64,000 nt of DNA from NCBI GenBank assembly GCA_013265495.1, contig MU058221.1, forward strand, positions 1,550,001 through 1,614,000. The letters are read 5' to 3'. Position numbers and translations under genes: made by a program. This DNA comes from Vicugna vicugna. Lineage: Eukaryota. This document shows positions 51,100-62,469 of the stretch, piece after piece (the first letter of the stretch is position 1; each line of letters begins with the position of its first letter). A model generated the notes under the pieces. It made no database searches and was not told the DNA's origin. It worked only from the letters and a program-made list of their open reading frames with translations.

Positions 51100-52960
51100 A
51101 TTGCAATCTCCTAATTATCTACTCCTAGGAAACCTACATTAAGCCTTCCTTCGACACCAAGCCATTACATAAACAAACCATTACATAAACACTATATTGC
51201 AATATTTACTGAATTGTTGTCTTCTTATTTGTTTCTTAACATTTCACGGCCTTGCCTATGCTGTCCTAACTACACGTTAATTTCTTCAAGGGTAAGAAAT
51301 GTATCTGTAAGTCCTCCCCTACAATACTGGTGTTCACACAGCAGATCCTCCAAAAATATTTAGTGATTTATTAACCACATCAAATCATGCAGTTCCACCA
51401 ACTGAAAGCCAATCTGAGTAATATGAGACAATTAATAAGATGCAAGATTCTCATTCTTTTCTTATTTCATATCATTCTCACGTTTCTAGACCATGTAATA
51501 GTCACTTAACATTTCTTTGTGTACATATTAACCTTCTCCTAAATTCATTATTTGCAAAATGGAATGTGTCATCTTTCTCTCTGTCTCGTCTCTGGCCCTG
51601 TTCCTAATCTCAGGAAAGAGATGTGTCATCTATCCAGCCGTGCAAACCAAAACACCTGGGTTTCACCCTTGTCACTTCCCTTCCTTTTACCTCTCTTACC
51701 TAATTCCCCCAGTTTCTCTGATTTAACATCTAAAATATCACCCAAAGTCATCCACTTCTCTTCGTCCCCATCAATGCCACTCAAGTCCTGGCTAATGCTG
51801 TGTTTTGCCTCGATTGCTTCTCTAAACGTCCATCTTGTCCATTTCTCTCCATTTCAGCTCTCTTTTAAACTTCCGTCACTCCATAGTCGTGTCATTAGCA
51901 GAACGCACATTTGACCATGATCACCGCAGCTTAAAACCCTTTCCTTTATTCTTGGGATAAAAGCCACAGGCCCCAGTGTTCCACGTGTAGCAACTTTGAT
52001 ACATGGAGAGCCACAAATTCTTATCAAGAGCTGGAGCCAATATTTCCTGCTCCTGAATCTGGGACTTCTGGGTACATTAGCAGTAACGTTATATGTGGCT
52101 TCCAAGACTAAACCAGATAAGGTCATAGAGCTTTCTTGTTGGTAAACCTGCTTCTGGAGACTAAGCTAACAAGTAAGAAGATGGACAGCCCTAAGGTGGA
52201 CATGCTAGAGAGGCCACGTGGATGCACCATTTGATAGCCCCAGCCAAGTCGTTCTTTAGCCGTGCAAGTTTAGTTGCTCCATACGGGAATAAAGAAACAG
52301 TCTTGGGGGTGGATCTTCCAGGCCGAACCATTTCAGCCTCTGTCCATTCAGGTCCTTCCAGACACCATGGGAGGGAGGAGGGCCATTCTCACTGTGGTTT
52401 TTCCATGTGACTGGCACACACTCTCCTTGAGATTCATGAAGCCGGTATTAAATTACAAGCAGCTAACTAACAGATTACTGAGGTAACCTGGAAGTCCCTG
52501 CAAGGTACGACTCATATCCAGCTGCTCTGTCTCATCTAACGCTCTAGACATGAACACGATCTCTCTCTGGCTCTTGAACTTGAAATGCCCCCTTTCGCCA
52601 CAGAACATATTTCTGCCTCTGCTTTCCCCCCTCCCCATTCCCTCGCTAAATCTTCACAGTCTCAAATCTCAAGTGAAAAAGAGCACATTCTCAGCAGAAC
52701 GTGTTACCTTACCTCCCTCACTAGCCCATATCCCCAAATTGCAGTCTTTGTGATAAGCCGCGTGAACCTCTTTTTAGCACTTTTTAAAATTACAATTTTA
52801 TACTTGTGTGTATGATTTCTAGGTTAATGTTTATTTTCCTTTTCAACTCTTAGCTTCAAGAAGGAAGAGATCATGTCTGTGCTAAGCGCTGGGCATTCAT
52901 TGCTCAAAATCACATCCCCTGCGACTGTTACAGAGCCAGACGGGTTAGGTGGTCCGCAAA
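51100..52960 (+). mobile_element. L2 relics with a nested MLT1-like LTR (about 51990-52475)
   Basis: L2 motifs (catccacttctc, ccatgatcaccgcagcttaaaaccct, agcttcaagaaggaagagatcatgtctg); MLT1 motifs (catgctagagaggccacgtgg, ccagacaccatgg). Confidence 0.6.
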
Positions 52961-55043
52961 GGGTTCAGTCCTGGTATGTGAAGTGTCAAGCAATTTTCAG
53001 AAGAAAGTATGTGTTCCCCGGTTCTAGGAGGGAAATTTGGAAAGGAAAAGAAAGCACTACATGTATGAGTGCTTGCTCCTAATTATCAGATTTATTCTGC
53101 CAGGCTCTGAAAATCCAACACCCTAAGGTTGGGGAGTAAAGGAGCACTGTTGACTGCTCTTTCGCAATTCCTTCCAACCACTTTCACATTGTAAGACAAT
53201 GAACTGTCTCAGACGTTCAAGGATTCAAGAATGAAAATCCTTCCCTGGTTGCCTCTCAAGCAGCCTTTCTATCAGCCCCCCAAAGGGCTTATACTTGTTT
53301 CACAGATGAGTAGACAGACTCAGAAAAGGAGACAGCTTGCCCGTTGAAAGCTGACCAAGTGGCAGAGCTACACTCTTCCCAACAGCCAGTTTCTTTCCGC
53401 TGCATGAAATGTGCTCCAAATCAGGAGGCTGGCAGGGAAGAACAGAAGAGCATTTCCATGCAATTAGGAGGAACAGGTAGGGATGTTTGCCCCAGAGCCA
53501 CCGTGCTGGTCTCTTCTGCCATAACGCTGCAAGAAAGCCAAAAAAAAAAAAAAAAGATTTTGAGGAAACAATGAAAAAAATACTGAAATCTGGTGTTTAC
53601 ACAACACCGAATCCTTCCTTAAGTAAACATAAGGACAGACACATTCTACGAACACAACTGTAGTAAAGAAAAAGCGCCCTTAAATTTGAGTGTTGTTTAA
53701 TGAAAAATGGTATCACTGACGTGTACAATAGGTAAGAAATTAAATTAAAAGTTCACTCTAGCAGAAATACAATTACAAAGAGTCAACACAAAAACAAATC
53801 TGATAAATAAGAGTCAATTAAGTGAAGAAAATTTCAGTATAAAATGGCTTGGCCATATCAGGGAAGAATTTCTCAACATCCAGCTAACGTGCTTGGAAAA
53901 CAGAGACAAAGAAGACAATTCACATTTAAAATGAAAACTAGAAATAACAGCGAACCTGTTTTCAGAGCCCAGGAAGACCCTCAGTAACTTGAAGGCCAAA
54001 GGAACTTGGCTGCACAGCTCAACCCGTGACCATGTCACCGGAGAGGACGCAAAGCCAGCGCTTATGCGGCACCTAACAAGAACTCCGACGATCCCCCGCA
54101 TGTGTGAACCCAGGTTCCAAACCCCAAGAACCCGACAATAATATGCCTTCCCCACTACTCTACTGCATGGCTGGTGATTGTTGAGGCAAAAAGGCTGTGT
54201 CCTTTACTCCAGTAACATCTCTTTTCATAAACAAGTGGACAGAAAGCAAAGGAGAAGGCTGACGATGGTACAGTGCCCACAATTAAACCGCCTCAGGCTC
54301 TGGAGACCAAAGGGATGAGTCCTGGCCAGCGCCGCAGGGGCAGAGTTAAGTTTGGTTTTGTTTAGTTTTGTCTAGAGGGCATTTGCTTTTATTCATGTCC
54401 TTTAAGTGCCATATATGTAATAAGAGGGTGAGAAAGAGAAGGTTCCTTCCTGGGTCACTAAGATTACGCTAGATGGAGGCTAACCATCTCTGCTTTTTCC
54501 TGGAAGTGGGAGGTTGGTTGAGACGTGAGCTTAGATCCATCTATTCCTGGATGTAATTCTGAGAAGGGGGTTAGAACAGCACGAGATGCACAGGGAGATG
54601 CCAAGTGCAAGTCACACGGCCTCTTGGCTACTGTAGAAGCTGGTGGCTCGATTTCTCATTCTCTCTGTCTCTCTCTCTCTCCCCTCTGCAGGATGAGTGA
54701 CAGGAAACGTTCGCATGCAGAAAGACTCCATTACACGGGAAAGAAAAGTAATTCTGGAGGTTAAGAGAAAAACTAGCTCTAAACATGATTTCAAAGAATT
54801 TTAATGAACAGTTTTATATTGAAAGCAGAATGCAAGAACATAAGGCCTCAAGAATATAGGGGGGAAAGTAAATTTAAAAAATTAGTATTAAAACAGTACA
54901 AAACAAAACCCAAGGACTGTTGAGGGACTGTGGCGGCGAGGGGGGAGCTCATCCCCGTTCAGCATCCTTTCAGAATTTTGGGGGGTTTCAGGTAGGGATG
55001 TCCCCTACTAATGTCCTTCAGGACACCTTCAGGATTCCTGGCA

Positions 55044-55250
55044 GGCTGTGGCCACGAGGGCCTGGAGTTTAGTGTAGGGCCCTCTCAGGACCTCCAGGGA
55101 CAGAGATAGGAGTGTCTCCTACTGGGTGACCAGAGCCCACGGTCCTGCTGGCAGACTAGCCGGCTGTGGCTGTGAGGAAGGAGGAGCTGCATGCAGGGCC
55201 TCTCAGGACTTCTGGCGGGCAGATGGGGTGCCTCCTCTGGGTCCTTGTGC
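55044..55250. repeat. Diverged ~118-bp tandem repeat (2 units) in a GC-rich block
   Basis: ggctgtggc...agggcc(c)tctcaggac...agat.gg.gtg.ctcct..ctgggt at 55044 and 55162. Confidence 0.65.
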
Positions 55251-55894
55251 CAGCGTAACTGGTCACAGAGTGCTGCTGCGATAGGCGAGAGTCCAGCTAA
55301 AAGACACTTTCAGAATCTCCAGTCTGACTGGGTTTTGTGGTCCCGGGGCTCCTGGACCACAGCTAAGAGGGGCTGGAGCTGGTTCACGGGCCACTTTAGG
55401 GGCCACAGTCAGGACAAAGTTGTCTATGTCTGGTCCCCAATGCACGATTGGACATGACACTTCGTGGGTCCCTTAGGGTATGGAGCTGGTGACAGAATCA
55501 TTCCAAATGATGCTTGGCCAGGTCCTCAGGGGTACAGAGCTGTTTCCAGGTTGGGACCACAGGCAGTGAGTCAGCCACCTTGGAGTGAACTGCATTCTCA
55601 GAATAGCTCTCCTTGGTCCTGAGCTGCATTCAGGTGGAACAGCATCCTATCTGGACCCCATAGCATCCATGAATTCACTCTCATTCACCAACAGACGCCA
55701 AATTGTTGCTGTTTGGTGGGAGGAACACATGCAAAGTACATATATTTTAGTCATTTTTCATCAAACTAATTTTACTTAAATTTTCTCTGTCTTTAAATTA
55801 GCACTTTTTGTGATTATTTTTACATAATTCTGTATTCTTCAGTAACATCATTTGTTATAATAATTTCATATCTCCTTGAACAGATGTCCATTGT

Positions 55895-57470
55895 TACTTA
55901 TTCGATTCATTTCAGCATTACTTGTTAAATGACCACTATTATTCAGGCACGTTTCTAGACACGAAACATAGCAGGGGGAAGGGAATTAAAACAAACAGGC
56001 AGAGTATATGAAAACATTCATAAAAACTTAACAGAACAAATTCATTATAATTCAAACTGATATGATATGGAGGAAAATAAAACCGAACAATGAAGATAGT
56101 AGTAAGAGAAATGGTGTGGAGTTGATGTTCTCCAGGGAAGACCTAGCTGATGAGATGATGCTTACGATGAAATCTGAAAAAAGCGATGGAGTGAGCCATG
56201 TGGGTATCTTTCACAGGGCAATTTCAGGGAAGTGGAGGTTCTTGAGATGGAAATGTCCTCAGCAAATCAGAAATGTGAGCAAGGAGCAGAGTGACAGAAA
56301 GTGAGTTCACAGAGCTACAAACAGGGTTTATCACTCAGACTTTCATAAGGACACTGCTCACTACGCAGTAGAAAAGTGGAGCGGTCAGAGATGATTAGGC
56401 ACAGGAGTGGCCTGACTCGACGCATTTTCAAGGAACATTTCAGCTGCTAGATTGAAACTAATTTGAGGCAGATAAAAACATTAAAAAAAATAAAATAAAA
56501 GACCAGTTAAAATAATACAATACATTACAGATAAAAGATGGTGGCAATTTAGACGGTGGAAGCAGGTGCAGAATAGCAAGATTTTGTGCCTGTTTTGAAG
56601 ACAGATCCAACAGACTATGCCAAAGGCTTGCAGATGGGGCGTGAGAGGAGGTAAGGGCTAAGAAAGATGAGGCAGGACTAGGTTTGGAGGGTGTACGAGC
56701 TGGAGTGCAGACCACTGTGCTGGAATAAACACACTGAAGAAATAGTAGTTTAACTAAGAGAGGCTTATTTCCATCTCACACAACATTCCAGCAGAAAGTC
56801 AGCTGAGGCTGGAAAGATGGTTTTGCTCCAGGAGTCATTATGGGACCCAGGTTCCTTCTAGTCTTACTGCTGTACAGTTTTCCACAGGGTTTTCCTGTTG
56901 CTCATGAGCAGAGCTGGCTCCTTCCGTATCTCAAGTCCAGCTCATAGCAAAGGGACAAGGAAATTCCAGGGCATCTTTAAGGAGATGATCTGGAGGTTGA
57001 ACACAGCACGTCCATTGACATTTGAGGAGCCTTAGCTTTGTCTTATAGGAACAATTGGGTAACAGAAAAGGTGCAAATGTAAATAGAGCTCCTAACCACA
57101 GGAAAGCTTGGGAGTTTCTGTCACAAAAGGCAGACAGGAAGAATGAACGCAGCAGACAAACAGTGGTGTCTATCACAGAACTGTGTAGTGATTTGAAGCA
57201 CGTTAAGTTTGAGATGCCTGTTAGCTGCCTGGGGGATATAGTGCACAGAAAATTGAGAGAGGGCTAAGTTGAAGGTGTAAAATCAGGAACGATAAGCTTA
57301 CAGATAATATTAAAATCAGACACTGAAATTATCTAAAAAGTGAGTAGAGAAAAAAAAGAAGAAGGAATCTGAAGTCTGAGTTCCAGGGCACTACAATATT
57401 CTCAGATCAGGAAGATCAGAAGGTAAAGAAAGCAGAAAGTGAAGAAAAAAAAAGTGAGGAAGAAAGAATG
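55895..57470 (-). mobile_element. L2 relic with nested MLT1-like LTR (about 56715-57180)
   Basis: L2 antisense motifs (gatggagtgagccatgtggg, gttaagtttgagatgcctgttag); MLT1 motif gggacccaggttccttct. Confidence 0.65.
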
Positions 57471-57509
57471 AAAACAGTACACACTCAGCAGAAACGCCTT
57501 CACTTTTCG

Positions 57510-57655
57510 TCTGGTTGTGTACGAACGCCACACTGTCCAAATCGTGGTAGCTCTGTAGTAGGTTTTGCTAAATGGTAGAGCGCGCCCTCCTGTCGTGTTT
57601 GCGCTGCTCAAGATGACCGTGGCTTTTCTTGCTCTTTGCATTTCTATATGCAAGT
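57510..57655 (-). mobile_element. L1 ORF2 fragment
   Basis: Minus-strand ORF resembles L1 ORF2 (RARKATVIL...GGRALPFSKTYYRATTIWTVW). Confidence 0.7.
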
Positions 57656-58272
57656 TCTTCCTTCAGGCTTAGCTGAATCTGTATTGTAAGTTGTAGAGCT
57701 GAGCACATCCTTTCTGCCACACCACACATATCAGTGCATCTTTAGTCACCCAACGAGATTATTGTCTCTAAACCACTGCATCACCTTCTTGTAAGGGTGC
57801 TGGTTTCCTCTGCCTTTCCACGTTGATCTGAATGGCAGGCAGCACAATCACTCCTTTAGAGAATCAAAGACACCAATTATCAGATCAACTAAAAATGTCG
57901 TATTTCTCCATAACTACTTTAACAACCTTATATCTGCTAAATAAAAAGGAAGGTCAGCCAAAGCATTTAAATATAACCCTGTTGCCTATAATAAAACACT
58001 GGAACTGAACAGAGATTATTAATAATAAGCCTCTAAAGACATAATTAATTGCTTAATTTAATGACCCCCATTAATTATCAGACCATAAGCATAGCTGAAG
58101 TTGTAACCTGAGTTTGAATCTCCAGAGACAACTTTGCCTTCATCTTATTTCAAGATTCCTAAATTAATGACGTGAGCCTTTCTTAATTGGAATATGGGCA
58201 AGACGGAAAGTTAGATAAATCAGCTCCTGAGATGGAACGTGGTAATAATTTCATGGGAATATATGAAAATAT

Positions 58273-59155
58273 ATTTTTTAACTTTTACTTTGAGTCACCT
58301 GTAGTCACCTGCAGTTGTAGGAAATGCTGCAGAGAGATTCTGTGAGCCTTCACACATTTTTCCCTCAAGGACAGCATTTTGCAAAACTCTAGCACAAAGT
58401 CACAACCAAGATCTCAACATTAACACAGTCAATTTTCTAGGATCGCTGGTGCTGTCTTTTTATATGGTCATAACTATATACCTTTTAGGTCCGCCTGCCG
58501 TGGTCTGAACCCCTGGAAGTTACTAGTATGTTCGCCCTTTCTATGTTTTTTCTCATTTGAAGAACATTATATTGGTGAAACTTAAAGTGTGCAACTATAT
58601 ATGCATATAGTACACACAGTGTGTAACATTTAGATTGGCTTTTTTCATTCAACATAATTACCTCCTGATTCAGCCAAGCTGTTGCATGTAAGAATGTTTC
58701 ATCACATTTTAACGCTACCAAAGTGGCTATACCATATTATATTCTCAACAGCAGAGTAAGAGTGATCCAGTTTCTCTGTGTTCTCACCAAATTTGATGTT
58801 GCCACTAATTGTTCAATTTTAGCCATGTTGATAGTGTGTAGTAATATAACATTGTGTTTTTAATCTATGTTTCCCTAATGGTTAATGATGCTAACCGTTT
58901 TTTCATGTGCTTATTTGCCATCTGTCTGTCCTTCTTAGTGAAGTGTTTGCTTTTGTCTTTTTTCCCATTTTGTAATTGGGATTGTTTTTGTTTGTTTGCT
59001 TTGCTGTTGATTTTTGAGAGTTCTTCACATATTTTAAATGCAAGTCCTTTGCCGAATATGTGATTTGCAACTATTGTCAGCCAGTCTGTAGCTTGTCATT
59101 TTATCCTCTCCATAGGGTCCTTCACAGAGCAAACATTTTTAATTTTGATCAAGTA
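58273..59155 (-). mobile_element. L1MC-like 3' fragment
   Basis: gcagttgtaggaaat...cattttgcaaaact...; ttttcatgtgcttatttgccatctg. Confidence 0.85.
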
Positions 59156-59675
59156 CATAATGTCCTTTAAAATGAGGAACATGACAATATTCTAACTCTT
59201 GGAGATTTCCTGCAGTATTTTCTCAGGTTCTATGAGTTTCAAAATTACACTTATTTCCTATGCTGGTATCATTACCTGTAAGCCAAGTCTCCAAGCTGAG
59301 GGACATGCAGTGGTTCTCATGGCTCATCCTTGGGAAAAGTCACCTGCAGCTGCTGATTATAAACTTGAGTATATTGAATTAGCCCTTGGCAGTGTTTGGC
59401 CATAGCAGCCTGTAAGTTATGAATAGGAGACAAGATTCTCACACGTGTAGGGTATCTGGTGATCAGCTTTCCCATTTTCCATTGTGTACTGTCGTGGCTT
59501 AGGTCATGCACTTGAGTCTGACAAAATTGGAGCTTAGCTCTAAGATCATGGCAGAAATGTGAGAGAGCACATCTCTAAAACATTAAGAAGTTCCTGTCCA
59601 CATGTATTGCTGATTCTCCACTATGTCTGTAAACACCGTGAGTCTAGGTGCAGGGACACGCTAAGGAATGCAGAC

Positions 59676-59850
59676 CAGGATTGGCAGCTCAATCTGTGGG
59701 GCCCAATGCAATTGAAAATGACGAGATCCTTGTTCAAAAAGTATTTGAAAATTCAAGATGGTGACAGCAGCTGGAAACCAAGCACAAGGCCCTTGTCAGC
59801 AGGAGGACTCGAGCTGCTGCACAGATTGCTCGCTCATGACGCTGGCCCTG
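59676..59850 (-). mobile_element. MER45A (hAT-Tip100)
   Basis: cagga...ggggcccaatgca..tgaaaatg...cttgttcaaaaa...ttcaagatggtgacagcag...gctggccctg; about 175 bp, full length. Confidence 0.85.
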
Positions 59851-59943
59851 GTACTGAAAATAGATCCTCCACCGTAAGTTAAGCGTCTGCCTTCAGAGCT
59901 GACAACAGGATGATGCCAGGGTTGGTACTACAGGCAAGGAAAG

Positions 59944-60366
59944 TGTGAAATGTTACAGCAAAGTGTTACAGCAGAGTGTGACAGCAACCTGGATCCGGGC
60001 GAGAGACCAAGCGAACTCGGAGGGCTGGAGAACTCAGGTTTATCACGCCGGCGGGCCCAGAGGAGTTAACACTCCAAGCTCTGGACCCCGTTTGTAGGTT
60101 TACGCAGGCCTTTTACAGGTCACCAGTCAAGATTTTGCAGCATTTTAAACATCGTATGCAAGTGAGGTGTTAGAAATGGACCAATCAAGAGTGTGTTTTA
60201 TGCAAATGAGGTATTAGAAATGGACCAATCAGGAGTGAGCTTTGGGAACCAATAGAATCTTAGGGGTAAGTTTCCTTTTCCTAGAAGAAGCTGTTTCAAG
60301 CACAAAAACAAGATAGTGGCCCTGTCTGGGGGGCCGGCCAGTCTTTTCATGGGGCTTCCCATCTCA
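59944..60366 (-). mobile_element. ERV1-type solo LTR with 4-bp TSD
   Basis: TG...CA termini; TSD aaag at 59940-59943 and 60367-60370; internal 13-bp x3 and 44-bp x2 repeats. Confidence 0.85.
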
Positions 60367-61925
60367 AAAGAAGTACAAACCTATCAGTGCCTCATCAGCC
60401 TTGCACAAAGCAGTATCCTCACCCGTCGGCTTAATGGACAGGCAGAAAGGCGTGTTAGGACAGGTAACCCAGGGGGTCAGAGTCCTTCCTGGGGGGATGT
60501 GGGGATGATGGCCCACAGTGCTTTCAGTGAGGAGGGGGCTAGTTTTCAGAAAAGCACGTGTAGTTCCATTGAGACTTTGATGGGCTTGTGTACGTGTCCC
60601 ACATCGGGGGCCACCTTTGCCTGAGAGACAACGTGGGTCAAACCTACACTCTGACACTCCCGTGGGGGAAGCATCAGAAAGCGGGTAGTTGGTCTCCAGC
60701 AACTCAGGGATTCTCTCCGTCTGGGCTTTCTAGAAGGAAACCATTCTGTTCACGTTTCAGGGCAGCCCACAGGCAGAACAAATCTCACCCCACCAGACTG
60801 ATGAGGCCAAGAAGACGTTCTGACTACTTGAGCAGCTTAAGGAAACAGGAGATGATTGTGATGAGATGGGGTTTGAAGATAATTAAAATTGCTTCCACTA
60901 AGGCAGCACGATTTCTCCAAGGAAGAGGTGACAGAAGGGCGGTAGGATTAGTGGATTATTGCTCATCTGTCCACTAGGAAAAGGATCTTTTGTCCCTATC
61001 ATTGTACAGGAATTTTCCCTTTAGAAGATAGTGGTAGCTGTGGACACAGGATACACAACAGCTTTGCACAACCCTCACTTAGGAAAAGAGCCATCATCCT
61101 GTTTCCTTCTTCTGTGTCAGCGAGGCAATTAATTTTTAAACAGTCCTTTCCCTTACAATACTGTCAAATACTCATCTCTTTTACAGTTAGGTATTTTCAC
61201 ATAGACTTTTATTTTGTGAGCTATCTAATTGTTTAATTTGGAGGACCATTAGTTTTCCCCGGAGCTTTTGCTTTCTTTGATGACTGTCTCCAAACGTTCT
61301 GCTATCTCCGGCAACCTACTTAAAGAAGCAGAAAGCCAGGCAACGTTGTTTTCTAATGATTCCTTTTATTGCAGGTTCTTGAGCATCTGTACAGAAATTG
61401 GAGAGGACAGTAGGAATGGTTTTTCCCTCTTCTAGTCTTGAATATTCCTTACAAGTTTAGGGCAGACCAGAGAGTCCCTAAAACCAAGAACAGATTCCAT
61501 TTTACTTTATTTATAAGATTAGATTTTGGACCAAGCAGTATTAGCTGTTTAGACCTCAGGGATTACAGCAAGGAGGCATACCCTATTGCAATTTCCTTAT
61601 AAATGCATATGTATTTCTCAGTAAATGCTAGATCGAGTGGACTAAATCTTCTTGTGCAATTTAGAATGTGGATATTATGTGTAAGTGTCCCAGGTGTGCT
61701 TGCGGAAAAGGTAGAGTCTCTGATTTTCGTTAGATAAGGATTTCTGAATATATTAAATTAAGCCCAGTTACGCTGTGCACATCGTGTGTGTGATGAGTGT
61801 GTATGTTTTCTCGTTCTTCACCTCTGAGTTGCTGAAAGAAAAGAAAAGTGTGGCTGAGTGGTAGCTTTATACATTTAACAATTATATATTTTGAGTTTAC
61901 TTTTTAGGTCCTCTAAATATAGAAC

Positions 61926-62095
61926 TTTTATTTTGTTTTTTTCCCACAGCTTTCCTGTAGGATGATTGACAAATTAAAATTGTATGTATTTAGACTGCAA
62001 ATGTGATTTTCTAAAGCATACAGTGTGATGGTTTACTGTACAAATCCACTGGGAAATGATCACCACGATCGTCCATCACCTCCCACGGTTAGCGT
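61926..62095 (-). mobile_element. L1MA-like 3' end
   Basis: T-rich tail followed by gattgacaaattaaaattgtatgtattt...aaatgatcaccacgatc...ccatcacctc. Confidence 0.7.
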
Positions 62096-62469
62096 GTGGT
62101 GGAAAAAGGTCTCCTTTTGTGCTTCCTCTCTCCGGCATTTTGTACACTTCACTTTTATTTCTGTTTTTCTGACTTTCTGCTGAATTAACTAAGTCCCTAT
62201 TTTCTTATTATAAATGTTACTGCCACAGGTTTGAAAGTTACATACCTCCATATTTAGTCTGTTGGTGGTTACTTTTGAATGTTACCACGTAGACTTAAAT
62301 GTAGAAGGTTCTGAATAAATTAATGCTGTATAGCCTTTTGGGGGAAAAAGATTAGAATATTTTAATTAGAATTGACCCACTCTCAGGACATAGAGACACT
62401 AGTAGGCTTGTCTGTGTGTTTAACAGTTTCCTTACTCACTCTGGCATCGCAAAGCTTGCTGTCAGGTAG

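Noticed and set aside
51162..51192. 16-bp-period tandem duplication ccattacataaaca
   Set aside because: Ordinary slippage event within an L2 relic.
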